Shown here in pieces: positions 29,554 through 43,600 of a stretch of 64,000 bases of DNA. Within the stretch, counting starts at the first letter, position 1. Each line of letters begins with the position of its first letter. Position numbers and translations under genes: made by a program. Source of the DNA: Lobosporangium transversale (lineage: Eukaryota); assembly GCF_002105155.1 (NCBI RefSeq), contig NW_019028982.1, positions 682,001 through 746,000 on the forward strand. Direction: 5' to 3'. The notes below the pieces were generated by a model. It had not been told where the DNA came from, searched no databases, and saw nothing but the letters and a program-made list of their open reading frames with translations.

Positions 29554-32392
29554 CGTTTACTTACCCTCAATATCGACTGAGACAATGAAGAAGCAAGCGG
29601 CCCTTCAAACGCCCGCTGCTCATGTTTTTTACTCTCTGCCATTGCGTACTTGCTTGCTCCTAGGAGTGCTACAACTGTATTGACCTGAATAGCCATCTTT
29701 CTGCCAGGGTTCTTGTCCAAGACCGAGCTCTTCAACATTTTGGACAGATCATCCATCAAAGACCCCTGCAGTGCTGATGATTGAAGAGGCAATAGGATCG
29801 CAAACAGCTCGATTGCAGCATCAATAACGCCAGTAGCTACAGGTCGAGGCTTTGGTAGTGAATATCGTGATACCGAACTTGGGAGAGCATATGTCGTATA
29901 GATCACTAAAGGATCATGTTCTGGCGCGCCTAGGATCGGCTTTTTCAACAAAGTCTCTGTCGTCCTTGTCGCGCTATCGTAATCTTTACCATCCAGAATC
30001 TCCTCTTGGCGACCACTGGTCCTTGCTGCTACATCGCAACGGAGGCCTTGGATCTTACCAGTGACACCGTACCCATATCCATCATCCACTGCCCACACGG
30101 TCGTAAATGTGGCTGCAGACACAGCATTTGTCACTGCAGTTCCTGAAGTCCTGTCTGGGTCTGAAAAGACATCCAATGCTGCTTTGATCAATATGGGCTG
30201 ATACATTTCAAACGCAGAAGTATGTTTCATAGCAACAAAACACTCAAAGATCCGTTTCCTCAGAGCATCATCTCGTTCAGAGAACTTGACGTTCAACAGC
30301 TCGTTTTGTTGTTGAGGAGCTCCTTTGTTTGCTGCTGTAGATGTTTGTGACGGGAACGTGGGTACGGCTCCCGCAAAGGTTAGCGTGTTAGACAACAGAG
30401 CTGCGATACGTTTCGACACATCAACTGTCACCAATTTGTCACTGTTATGGAACAAGAAACTAGCCACTGATCCCAAAGCACATTCTCGTACATGGATCAT
30501 GAAAGCCCAATCCAATTCTGATCTCGTTGTATTATTGGTATCCTTGCTTGTTAATTTAGGTAGTGCCGTCTTCCAAAGCAAGAGAAGTTGGGGCAAATGC
30601 ATCTTGACAAAATTAGGTCCTAGGCACATCAATGATCCAATCAAGGTCCACGCAATCTGAATTTGAGCTGCAGCAACCCGGATCTCCTTGTTTGCACTGT
30701 TTTTGATCAATTGTGCTGCCATTGAGAAGATGCGCGCGCTCATCTCGAAGGAGACATAAAGTGGATGGACAGAAATAACAGTGATGAGCCCACCAATTGA
30801 ATATGCTAATCCATATGCTCTCGTTGACACATCCTGGAAATTAGTACTATTATTGTTGAGTGTATTCACATCCGTAGAGAGTTTGGCATTAAGGGTTTGG
30901 ATAAGTTTGGCGAGGTTGGTGGGCAAAGAAATACAAAGACATCGGAGGCACCAGGCGGTCGCGATCTGTACTGCTCGAGATGGATGGGAAACTAAATTTG
31001 TAAGCGATGACAGCAAGATATCCTACAATTTACACCACCAAGAGAACTCTAACAGTTAGTAATCAGTCCCTTTTCTTCTTTCTGGGGCTAAACCAATGAC
31101 AAGAAAAAGATGCACCAATTCTTGTGCCTACCTGAACAGAACTAGCTGCACCTCCTAAATCTAGTAGTAAAGCCGATGTCTCATTTAATGCGCCGATCAA
31201 TGCATATTCGGAAGGCTCAACGTCTCCTGGCATGACCGCTGGCCAGGTCTTCAACCAGCTCCCGACTAATTCTCTGATGCTGGCAATTTGTCCCGACTCA
31301 CTCAGTAGGCGTGCACCAATGACTCCACGAAGGAGATATTCGACATGTTCACGTGCTGTCAGGATTTCAAATCGTGATACTGTGTTTTTGGGATTAGCTG
31401 CTAGCTCCACTAGCAGGTGCTTTAAAATAGTACCATAATGACGCTCCACAACCGATGGTCCAAGCATGATGAATAACGCGGCATATGTTTCTGAAATCCC
31501 TGCACGGACCTCACGGCTCGTGTTAGGCTTATTGTAAGCACTCGAGAGATATGTCAAGAGCTCGTTCACGTCCAGCGTGAAAGACTCAGTCCCGGCAGCA
31601 AGTTGTTTGCCACTAACGCTGGGTGGTGGGGATTGTGCGCTGGCCATGCTCAAATTCTCCTCGCCCTGGAATTTTGAATAAAGCAGTGTAGCAATCAGAG
31701 TAGCCACTGATTTCCTAATTGTGTATGTTGACTCATCCATAGCTTTGATAAAGAGTGTGGTCGAGGCTTCTAGTTCGCTTCTTGTGAATGTGATGGTTGT
31801 ATACTTGACAAGAGCTGTAAGACACTATAAGATAGTTTTTTTTTTTGCCATCACCCAGATAAAGTATATTAGTGACCTTGAAAACCCAATTATGTAGGCG
31901 ATCCGAAACATGCAACATGCCCAACTTTTAAGCTCTATACCTCTGCTGATGATGAGCGCATGATAAGGGCTTTGTCCAGAAGGGTGACTTTCAGGACTTT
32001 GAGAATCTCCTTATTGTTGAGGTCTGTCGATCCACGTCCTGCTCCGTGCAGCATTTTTCTTAGTGCAACCATGGCTTCTGCTCGCATGATCAACGGGTAC
32101 TAGTGTATTGAGGGATTTCAAGTCGTGTTAAGTGATGCAATCCATAATTTCATCCAGAGAGGAAAAGGGGAATATCACATACTATCTTATCAGTCTTGAT
32201 GACTTTAAGGAAGGACGTTGTAAGCTCTGGCACCAGTGACTGGACCTATGGTGATATGATATGGTTTTATGAATACGTTTAAGTTAATGAAGGGAAAAGG
32301 TATTATTTATAGGAAATGCTGAACACAAGTTACCTTTTCTCCAATCGCCTCCATGATCACTCCGATACAATGAATCGCGGCTCTATTTATCA

Positions 32393-32424
<32 letters not shown>

Positions 32425-33110
32425 TCATTAGCATCACTGCCAAATTGCCTTTTCTTTTCTTTTCTTTTTTTTTTTTTGGGCGATCTGAGACTTACAATTT
32501 GACATCTTTATCACCCATGCCTTTTCCTGCTTCAATCAAACTTTGCAAGATCTGTATAGTCTCAAAGAGAGTTGCAGAGTTCCCTCGGACATAAAGTGAT
32601 AAGAAACATCGTGCGATTAATCGACGGATGGGGTGGCGTGGTTTTGGTGCAGGCATCGAAATGAGTTTAAGCAATTGACGTTCCAGGTTTGGTTGCATGA
32701 TCCGGAAGATATCCTATTGCATTTCGTTTTTTTTTATTATCGAAGCCAAATGGAATAAAGAATTTTTAGTGGTGATAGAATTACAAATCTTTCTTTTCTT
32801 TTCTTTTCTTTTCTTTACAAACTGACATCCCTTTCATTTCCAGACTTTTTTTTTTTTCTTTTTTTTTTTTCTTTTTTCCTTTTGTCTCAAAAGAGTTCTT
32901 TACATGGCCACATTTCTTGAGCTCTCGTTCTACGGTTGCAAGCCATTGAAAGACAAAAAGCTCCTGTTTATTATTTGAAGGTGGGTTTGATTGTTTATCC
33001 AGTTCCCCTGCAGCCGTAAAGAGTCGTTCATCAAACTCAAAGACGTCCCGTGCTGTGTTTGTAGTTGGTGTCCCTGGAGTCGAGGGCCGTGTTGGTGAAG
33101 GTGTGGTCAT
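24749..33110 (-). CDS. LAA1: HEAT repeat-containing protein 5 (HEATR5/Laa1/Sip1; AP-1 accessory protein), multi-exon
   Basis: ELFVFQWLATVERELK, PRHPIRRLIARCFLSLYVRG, VRAGISETYA, AWCLRCLC, AWTLIGSLMCLGPNFVKMHLPQLLLLWK, PRWRTRIFA, LLEQYQAQIGAALTPAF, and C-terminal KIELKSSF, spread over about 12 exons. Confidence 0.9.
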
Positions 33111-33603
33111 ATTGGAGAGATGATCCAGCTACTGATAAAAGAAGAAACGACAGCAAAGGTGCTATACAATAGTTTTGCTCCTTTATCTCCTTCTTTTTTT
33201 ATTTGAGCTGAAGAATGAGAATGGAGCAAGATGAAGCGGTGAATGAAAGAGATGAGAGTAAAAAAACACGACTCAATGGGCGTTTCTGAACGTTGTAAAA
33301 AGAAGAACTAACCATCGCATGTGCTGTGGTATGATCTGGTTCCATTATCACGAGTGTAAAGTCACATAATTTGGGTGCAATGATTTTTTTTTTTTTTTTT
33401 TTTTTTTTCACAATTGAATGAGTACACGCGCACAGAGCATAGGACGATAAGCAACCTTCTCTTTACTAATTAATTAACTCTCATTTTTTCATTCTACCTT
33501 CTCATTCTTTTTTTACTTGCTGTTCTTCTTCTTCTTCGGTTTCTTCCTTTTTTCCTCTTTCTTTTTCTTCTTAATTCCTTTTTCTCAAGTTGCTCATTGA
33601 GTG

Positions 33604-35653
33604 ATGCTGGCCCTCAATGCACCACCTGGTCAGGGACCCGCGCAGCAGCCCTTTGTACACTATCGCTGTCTATGCTGCAGTCCAGGAACCAAACCCAAAT
33701 CTTCTACGTCTTCTGAGCCTGCAGAAACAACGCCACATGAGACCACCAAGGACAAGGACCAACAACAACGGGAAGAAGGAAGAGAAGAAGAAGAAGAAGA
33801 AGAAGAAGGAAAGAAGGAAAAGGATGTGCAACAGGATAGTTCTACAGCACTCATCTCCATTACAAAAACCTCGGAAGCAAGTCATCCAACAGACGAGCCT
33901 ACAACAGGAGGCCTTCCTCGTAAGGTCATGGAAGAGATCTTTGCCTCGGGTAACACGTCAGACTTGCATGGTTCTCAGCCATTGTCGCGTCTCTACTTTT
34001 GTGACTCATGCGATGAGATTCGTTGTTCAAAGTGTTCTCAGGACGAGATTGTTTGTTACTTTTGTCCAAATTGTCTCTTTGATGTCCCCACTGCCAGTGT
34101 CAAATTGGAAAAACACAAGTAAGGCTGAGCATCAACAAACCCAACACGACAAACACACATTCACTGAAAACCTCTCTCCAGAAAGATTGACAGATATATG
34201 ATTTGTGAGCATATCCTGATAGACATTGCGGACATTGGTCTCTTCTTCAACGGAATCACATTCAACTATCACGCATGTCTTCTCATCTCCATAAAATTTA
34301 TCTTTTTTTTTGCATAGATGCTCACGCAATTGTTTCGAGTGTCCCATATGTCAGAATACCCTCTCTGTTGTCTCAGAGGACCCCGACGCAGGTCAGTTTG
34401 CAGCAGTTCCTCCCGCCTACGGACAATTCTACCTCCTTTGCCACATATGCCACTGGAATTCTCAGTCCATCAACATGACCTTTGAAAAGCCCACTGGACT
34501 CGCTGGTAGGTAACTCCACAACGCCTTTTTATTTTCTTCTAAACAACTTGTAAATTGGGATCAATGTTTCTTTTTTATGCTTGTTAATTAACTTTTTTTT
34601 TTTATTTTTTTTATTTTTTTTTTATTTTTAATTTTATAAGCTCAATTACAAAAGGCAGATGAAACATCACCAGATATCATGGAGTTTGGTCGACTCAAGG
34701 ATCATCTGGAAAAGCACTTTCGAAATAGTGCCAAGCCCAGCAGTAGTCTCCACTCTTCACTTCTGTCTTCTATCCAAACTGGATCTTTACGCTATGTCAG
34801 CTCAACTGCTTCCTCTACTTCATCCAACATCGGCGGCCTTAGTCATCGTAGGGGCGGTGGTGACGATTTTGCCCATTATACACCCGCAGTTCAAGTCATG
34901 GATGATACTGAGAATTTAGATACACTCATGTCCGTCATCAACCTGAATCAGATTACGACCATGAAACAACGATTGAGAGAGTTGCATAAACAACCTTATT
35001 CTCCAGAGCGTCTACAACCCAAGAGGATACACCTGCGGATCAAAAAATCTAGGAGATGTCGAACTTGTGGTCATATTCTTGTTAATCCTGAGCAGAAGGC
35101 TCAATCCATTCGGTTCAAGATCAAACTCATTGCTCTGTAAGTCAAGACATCGCTTTATTATTATATTTACTATATTTCTTTCTTTCTTTCTTTCACTTAC
35201 TCATAGTTTTTTTTGTATCTTTTTAGAAACCAAATTCCAAATATCACCATTGCCAATGTCCAACCTATGATCGTCCAGACCCTCTCCCGCGTCATCCTTC
35301 GTTTCACTAACCCTCGACACGAGGAGGTTCAGGTATCAGTTCGGTACGGCGACGGAGCTCAACCCCATCATGGAGTCCACATTCACTCGCCTACGTTCAG
35401 TATTTTACCCTATAATGAAGTTTGGGAATACGAAGTCGGAACCATCGCAGCTGCACCAGGATCTGTGCAAGAGAATGTTTATGAAAAGACCGCTAATTCT
35501 ACCAGTATTGTTTTGGACATTACACCCGTCGCTGCAGGAGAAGTCAAAGTATATATTAATAGGAAGAAGGAAAAAAAAAAAAAATCTGCATGCATGACAA
35601 AAGAGAAGGAGTGAAATTATTATTATCAGTTCCTTCCTTTTGTCCCTTTGCTA

Positions 35654-35691
<38 letters not shown>

Positions 35692-35901
35692 AAATAATAG
35701 ATTCCTCTATTTGTCTCGTTCACGTTCAAGACCAAGGTCAGGTCTGAGACTGGATCACCTTCATTAACTTCAACACAACTTGTTGTGAGTGGCGCCAGTG
35801 CGAAGGATATTCCAGCATCCGACGCGGATTTCGTTGAGAAAACGGTCGCTTTCTGGACCATCATTGGTTTTGGTGATGCTCTTCCTACATTGGCCACATA
35901 A
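33604..35901 (+). CDS. DCTN4: Dynactin subunit 4 (p62); exons 33604-34118, 34318-34505, 34641-35136, 35227-35548, 35701-35901
   Basis: PLSRLYFCDSCDEIRCSKC...YFCPNCLFDVP...KCSRNCFECPIC...YLLCHICHW; LQPKRIHLRIKKSRRCRTCGHILVNPE...FKIKL; LRFTNP. Confidence 0.93.
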
Positions 35902-36252
35902 CAATCTCTCCTCCTCCTCTTTATCCGCCATCCTGGTTCTTGACATCGAAAATAAACCAAGAAAGAAAAAAAATACGAAGAAAAGAAAGAAAGAAAGGAA
36001 AAAAAAAAAAAAAAAAGCGACGCATACATATTAATCTCTTTTTCACATTTTAAAGAATTTTATTTAATTTACAGAAGAAACAACGTAATGGTTGCTGATT
36101 GCTGGTTGCTGATTGCTGATTGCTTGATTGTTGACTGGTATGGAAATCAAAATCTATGGAGCGTCCTTAATGTACTCGAAAAAAAAAAAAAAAAAAAAAA
36201 GAAAAAAACCTTCCGGGAGTTATGCTTTCAAATGAGAAAGTATAAGATCAGA

Positions 36253-37162
36253 TCATGCTAGATGTTAGTTTGCAATCGTGAAAGGCAGCCATATAAGATC
36301 TCAATTGTTCATCAAAAGTTTGGGGAAAAGCAAAAATAAAAATAAAATAAAAAAATAAAAAAAATAAAAACATACTGTCCAAGAAGTCAGCGACCATAAG
36401 TGTTTCCAGCGCATACTCTGGCTCGATCTCAAAGTGAGGGATCTCTGTCACTGAATTGAGGTATCGTGCCTATAATTACAATAATCAAAACGATAATAAA
36501 AAAAATAATAAAAAAAGCGTAAGGAATATATTAAAAGCAAAGGAAAGCAAATAGTTGGCTGTGATCTGAGTGATTCCAATAGTTACCTTATAGTACCAAT
36601 ACTTGCAGACTTTCTCCAGAATGACAGCTCTTGAAAAATAAGAAGGAAAAAAAAAAAAAAAAAAAAGAAGATCAAGTTGATATCCAATTTTTTTTTTTTT
36701 TTTTTTAAAATATCCTCTTGTTAATCTGTATATAGAATAAAGCTTGCTTCGTCTTGTCCTCTGTCCTTTCTTCACAAAGTCTCCAAGTCCCAGTAAGTTG
36801 AGGGGAAGGTGAAGAGGTGATCTTGTAATGCTTACTTGATGTCCCTGAAATGAATTACTCCTTCTGTCGACTCTGTGAATTGTCCTATATAAATAAAAAT
36901 AAAAAAAATAAAAAAAAAAAAAGTTAGCTCATGTCAACAATGAACCTGCAATTTCATTATTATTATTATTATTTTTTTTAATCCTCAAATAAAGCAAATG
37001 AAAGTATTTGTCACTGTGCGCCACCAATTTTATACCTGCACTAGAAAGCATATTTCGGATAGTGCCAGAGAGCATTGCAGCTTCACGATGGATAATAAAC
37101 TGGAATCCATCAGAACTTTCCAATGTAACATATTCGTTTTCAGTAGGTGTTGTGGACGCCAT
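36253..37162 (-). CDS. ELC1: Elongin C; exons 37162-37036, 36884-36836, 36629-36587, 36469-36376, 36257-36253
   Basis: YVTLESSDGFQFIIHREAAMLSGTIRNML|...FTESTEGVIHFRDIK|AVILEKVCKYWYYK|ARY...IPHFEIEPEYALETLMVADFLDT*. The last 5-nt exon is inferred. Confidence 0.95.
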
Positions 37163-37487
37163 TATAGTCTCCTTGTTTTAAAGAATGGAGCAAAAAAAAA
37201 AAAAAAGAAAGAAAAGGATGGCAGAGAATGAAGAAATTAGCTTTATTCTTGTCTTGTCGTTGTGACTGCATCATTAGGGGTGGTATGGAACAAGGAAGGA
37301 AGGAAGGAGCCACTCAGCCACGTCCGCTAACGCGAAATCTGTCCAATTTGCTGTGACAGAACATTTATTTTGTATTATCAAATTCCCCACCTCGCGTCCA
37401 TTGGACAATGATTAGAACTAGAACTATATAGAACTAGAACTAAGCCTTGGAAGATTTAGCGTGGAGACTAAATAAAAAAGATGCAAT

Positions 37488-37512
37488 TTAATTTGATGGG
37501 CTCGTAGTCACG

Positions 37513-37544
<32 letters not shown>

Positions 37545-37767
37545 AGCTCTCTCCTGATGAATTTTCAGGGTCTTTTCAAGACTGGGCTGTGGTTTCGGTG
37601 GCACTGTGCCAATGTCCTCGATCAACGGTAGGAACGATACCTGAGGGCGTGACTCAACCATACGTGTCAACATGATATTCCATAACCATCCTGGCATATT
37701 GTGGCTAATAAAGCGAGTCAATCTTGCTTTCCAATCCTAGTTCATCGTTATCGAAAAAAGGAAGAAA

Positions 37768-37806
<39 letters not shown>

Positions 37807-39855
37807 CTTTTAGAATGGAATATCTTTAAGTGACATTTTTCTGATCATGTTCTTTCTTTCCCTAACAAGTAAAGCACACTACCCTAGCAGTGACTTTAGA
37901 CAATGCCTGTCCATTAGCGAACGCAGCTTTGGCAGCTGGGAATCGCTCTGCTTTGTACTCCTTGAAGATCTTCTCAGCATCCTCGATGGTAGTTGAGTCC
38001 AACACACTGATCCAGTTAGCTAAAGCGACAGCATCCTGCATTGCACTCACAGCGCCTTGTCCACTTGCGGGATGAATCTAAAGGAAAAAAAAAAAAAAGG
38101 ATAAAGTAAGGGCCAAGGTCAGTTAATATTCATTTGTTGACTTTTTTTTTTTTTTTTTTTTTTTTTCTTTCCTCATACACATTTCATTTCAACTGAATAG
38201 AATTCTTTTATCAGTGCAGATATTTACTTTATGACAAGCTGGTGGATGTGCGTTCAGGGGGCAATGATTTGAAAAGACATGGTAATAGCAAGTTAGTATA
38301 TACTTGTGTGTAATGTATTATACATGCATGTAAGAGCCATCCATCATTCGGATCAAATTCATTAAATAATCACTCAAGGTTATTTTTTTTTTTTTTACCA
38401 TCACCGAGCAAGACAGTTCTTCCAGCGTACCACGTATCAAACACCTTCTCCTCCAGCATGACCTTGGAAACCAATGGTGTGTTATCAATCAAATCTCCGA
38501 TAGTCAGGTCATTGTTAGCGCCGCCAGGCAATGGGAAGTCGCGAACATCCTTGCACATTGACTCTGCTGCCTCAGGACCCCACTCTGAATTTCGGAAGCT
38601 ATCATTTTCTTTGGAGCTTTCCTTGTCCAAATACAATATTACACCCCAGCAGTAAATATTGTCCTTGACTGTCAATGATGACCACTGTCAAGTAACAAAA
38701 TAAGAAAGATAGAGATGTAAGCAATCTTTTTCTCAAGAATCATTTAGAATAAAATAAAGTCCCTTTTTTTTTTTTAATACCGAATAAGGTCTATCCGTAG
38801 CGATAACCGAGTTGAAATGACAGATAGGGTCCAACAATTCTGGATATTTCACTGGGTCCATTGGGTTGGTCTGTCCTACAAGACAAACACAGCTGAATGG
38901 TAAAGCTCCATTGTCCGATGCTGGTAAGTTTCCGGCTTTATGCAAATTTTTGTACAGGCTTTGACGAACACCACTATAAGCTCCATCAGCTCCCACAAGG
39001 ATGTCACCTTCTGCAATTGTGCCGTCTGCAAATTGGATCTGAACGCCATTTTCATTCTGTTTCATCGACAACAATCGTTTGCCCATATGAATCTTTCCTG
39101 GAGGTATCTGCCGGAATAATAGGTCGTGGAGTTTAGGTCTTGCTATGATGTATCCATGGTAGCCTCCCCTGCAGATAGAGCCACAACAACAGCAAAGGAG
39201 CAAATTAAGTGGTTGAATGTCCAGATTCAGCTATAGTCAGTATAAAGAAAAAATAAAATAAAAAAATAAAAAAATAAAAAAATAAAAAAATAAAAAAATA
39301 AAAAAATAAAAAAATAAAAAAAAAATGGGGGCTATAACTCTTACATTTCCAAGAGTGGCGCCAAATTCATGGAGAACTCAAGCTGTCGATTTTCATTGTA
39401 ATTGTCAATGGAGTTCCTCTGCTTTCCAAGCTTTACAAATTCATCATAAATGCCAATCTGCTTGAACAACGGCGCCACACTTCCTCCAAGTGAAAGTGCA
39501 GATCCTTTGATCCATCCATTGGTCCATACATACAAAAAAAAAAAAAAAAAAAAAAAAAATGGAAAGAGAAAGAGAGAGAGAGAGAAAGGTTAGAAAGACG
39601 ATCCATTTTTGAGTTGTTTCTTAGAGACTAATTGAGCAATTGGATCTTAATGGGGATTTTTTATTTTTTTTATTTTTTTAATTTAATGATTATTATTTTA
39701 CCCAGAGGTTTGATTTCATTTAGACGGTCGTAGATTTGATAAGGTACGCCTGCTTTCTCAAGTAAGATGGCCAGGGTCAATCCACCGATGCCTGCACCGA
39801 CGATCAGCACAGTCGGCTTCTCAGGAGAATTTATCAGGGGGTGAGCTGCCGGCAT
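37488..39855 (-). CDS. FAD-dependent monooxygenase (FAD_binding_3 / UbiH-like, group A), paralog 1
   Basis: VLIVGAGIGGL (Rossmann), DILVGADGAYS (DG motif), GRTVLLGD|ACHK|IHPASGQGAVSAMQDA (GD motif, using micro-exon 38228-38238). Confidence 0.92.
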
Positions 39856-40459
39856 TTTTATTGATTAAAATTGTACAAAGAAAAAAAAAAAAAAAAAATT
39901 GGAAAGAAAAAGGGTACAATTGAAATACAGGGCTTGTCGAGACGAGAAAATGAGACTAAATGAGACTGAATGCAACTTGAATGAGGCTGAATGAGACTAA
40001 ATGAGTAAGAGTGAGGATGAAAATGAGAAAGAGAAAAAAGAGAAAGATAGACAGGTACGAGCAAATTGGGAGGAAGGATCGATTGAGTGGTGTTATTGCT
40101 GTTGCTGGTGTTGCTGTTGTTGCTGTAGTCTCTCTTTACTCCGCTGAAAGGCGAAGCAAGAGGTTGATGTATATATGTATATAATAAATATTGGTGTTAC
40201 CGAAACTAAACCATGCAAAGAAATATATAACATTGAAAACAAAATAGCCGAAGCTCTTAACCAGAGAACAACAAGATGAACAAGCACACAACATGCACAC
40301 ATGGTTGACCTTGTTTCTTTTCTTTTTTTTTTTTTTTTTTTTTTTTAATGCGGTATGTACAATTACATGGGTGTGGTCTATAGAACTGAAGCATTCCATC
40401 CTACTTCGCTTTTATGAGTGAGAGAAGAAAAGCGAGGAGAAAATAAAGGATGTACACAT

Positions 40460-42897
40460 TCATGTCTTCATGGAGATGCTTGGAGTTTGATTGTTCAAGG
40501 TGTAGGTTGAAGAAGTTGCAGATGTAGTTGCAGACGTAGTTGCAGATGCAAATACAGAAGCAGAACCTGCTCTGGCTTGATGGATTGCGAGCGTCTTCAC
40601 AAGGCTAGGCTGATACTTGGGAGGTGATGCCCCTTCATCCTTGACTAAAGGTAAGAACGAGACTTGAGGACGATGTTGAGTAACGGTCTTGGCAGCCATA
40701 TTGTGGAGCCATACAGGCATGTTCTTTGCAATCTTTCGTACAACCCATGCAACCCAACCCTAAAATGACCCCCGGCCGATAGTATGAATGAAATAGATGG
40801 GCGTTAGACAAACAAATGCTGACATGCATAAAGATAAACATTGGTCATATTTGTAATAACATATTTATACACGATGGAGTAGACAGATCTCGATGAGCAT
40901 GTCGCAAACATTAGATGTGTAAGTACCTTGCCACTGACTTTGGTAAGCGTTTGTCCTGCATTGTACGCGGCAATCACAGCTGGATAGCGCTCATCTCTGT
41001 ACTCCTTAAAGATCCTTTCTGTATCCTTGGTCGAAGGTGAATCCAGCACACTGATCCAGTTGGCCAGAGCTACGGCATCGTGCATGGCATTCACAGCTCC
41101 TGCGCCACTCGCTGGATGAATCTTGAAAAGGGAAAAGAACAGTAAAAAACAAAAATTCATTCATTCATTCATTCATAAGAGGATAAAACATTGGATGGTA
41201 GAGAAAGAGAAGACGTGTTTAGTTGAGTACCCGCGTGTTTCTTTTTTCTTGATATGCAAGCTTTTTTCTTTTTTTATTTTTTACCGCATGGCAGGCTAGA
41301 ATTTGAAATTGAGAGCAAAAAAAAAAAAATAAAAAATAAAGTTTTGATGTTGAGTATCAATGAGGATACTGGAAACCGGTTTGGATACAGGTTTCATTAA
41401 ATAGAAAGAAAGTTTGGGTATATATTTTACCATCGCCCAGGAGAACTACTCTGCCAGAGTACCAGGTCTCGAATACTTTTTCTTCCGGTATGACCTTGGA
41501 AGCATTGGGGGTCATGTCGATCAGATCACCTAGCGTTAAATCATTATTAACACCACCAGGAATCGGGAAATGACGAACTTCCTGACACATGGCTTCTGCT
41601 GCTATTGCTCCCCATTCTGCTTCTCTAAATGCATCGTCATCCCTAGAGCTGGTCTTGTTCAAATACTTGATTACAGTCCAGCAGTAGATATTGTCCTTCA
41701 TTGTCATTGCTACCCACTTGTATGTATGCGAATATTATTCCATCCAGAAATAATAATAGTTATAAAAATAAAAATAAAAAAAAAATGAAGCGTTTAGTAT
41801 AAGTATATATATATTGTATGATATCAAAGTCACTCTTTTTTCTACTTCGCCGTCAATACATTTGCCACGTAGAATTAAGCTACTTGCTACTTTCAACTGC
41901 TCGTATCCTTTTTTTCTTTTTTTTTTCCATACCGAGTAGGGCTTGTCAGCACTGACCACGTCATTGATTAGACAGTGCGGCTTCAACACCTCTGGAAATT
42001 TGGCTGGATCTAAAGGCGCAGTCTGTCCCACAAGGCAGACACAATTGAAGGGTGACGCACTATTGTCTGACAAGGGCAGTTTGTTTTCTCTCTTCAATTG
42101 CTGATAAAAATTCTGGCGAACAGCACTGTAGGCTCCATCAGCTCCTACGAGGATATCCCCCTCCGCAATCGTGTTGTCTGCAAAATGAACCCGTACGCCT
42201 ATATGATCCTGTTTTGTTGAAACAATTCGTTTGCCGAAATGAATCTTTTCACATGGTATCTGTCGGAGAAGTAAGTCATAAAGTGCTGATCTTGTCACAA
42301 AATAGCCTTCGCTTCCGCTCCTGTTTATGAATGAAGGTCAAAAAAAAAAAAAAAAAAAAAAAGTTAAAATGGCATGATACCTTTAAATAGAATAAAAATA
42401 AAATCAATATAATTATATAAGATCTATAATAAATACATTAAAGGACTTTAAACGAACATTTCAACAGCGGGCTTGAATGTCATTGAGAACTCGAGTTTGC
42501 GGTCTTCATTATATGTATCCACGGACAAGGCTGGTTTTGAAATCGACACAAACTCATCATAGATCCCAATCTGTTTAAACAGCGCAGCGATATTCCATCC
42601 AAGCGAGTTTGAGGTCCCTATTCCCCCATTTATAGTCAAATTAAGTGTACATGTACTAGTTCCCCATGCGTAAATTATATATAAATATATTTATTTTATT
42701 TTACGCATACATGTATATTCATGAACGTCTTAATTACCCATGTTTTTGACCTCGACTACTCGTTCATATACTTCATATGGGACCTGTGCTTTTTCCAGTA
42801 AGATGGCCAAAGTCAGTCCTCCGAGCCCTGCTCCAGCAATTAGTACCTTGGGAGGCTGTTTCGTTGAATTATGATGCTGTTGTTGGTCATTTTTCAT
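40460..42897 (-). CDS. FAD-dependent monooxygenase, tandem paralog 2
   Basis: MKNDQQQHH...KVLIAGAGLGGL, DILVGADGAYS, GRVVLLGD|ACHA|IHPASGAGAVNAMHDA (micro-exon 41285-41295); intron positions match paralog 1. Confidence 0.92.
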
Positions 42898-43481
42898 GGT
42901 TGATTGTTTTTTGAGGTGAATGGGTTATCAAAAGTAAAGGATAATTGTCAATTATAAATGGTTATGTGAATGTGTGCGTCTGGGAGGAGATGAATAGAGA
43001 AGAAGAGAAAAGCGTGGGTCAAACGAAGGCCGGATAAGAAAAGAAAGAAAAGGATTGACGACACCCAAACATTCGTCTTTTTTTTTTTTTCTATTTTTCT
43101 ATTTTTTTTTTCTTGCGAGAGGGCCCTAGAAAAAGTAATGCATAAAGAAAGGGTATATTTATTGATTGATGTGAGCAAAGAGGTTAGAAGATCAGTCACT
43201 AATGCATGTAAAAAAAAAAAAAACAACCAAATGCAGCTGTAGGATTATTTTTACATAACATCGGTAATGACGAACTGGATTGCTGATCATTAAGCAAGTC
43301 AATATATACATATAAGTTATAGGTGATCATCAGATTGGTAGTATTTGTGGCCGAAACCTGGATTCAACTGAAAGCAGTTTTGGTTCTTTATTTGATGTGT
43401 ATCAATTCCTGTCACCAGTAGGAAGGAACTCTTCATCAAAGCGTCTCTTTTTAGCGCTTGAGCGTTGAATTAAAGGCTCAT

Positions 43482-43518
<37 letters not shown>

Positions 43519-43569
43519 TTGCCTAAGAGGGATGCGCGTACTATTGGAGTCATTGGCCACTGTTTGTCC

Positions 43570-43600
<31 letters not shown>

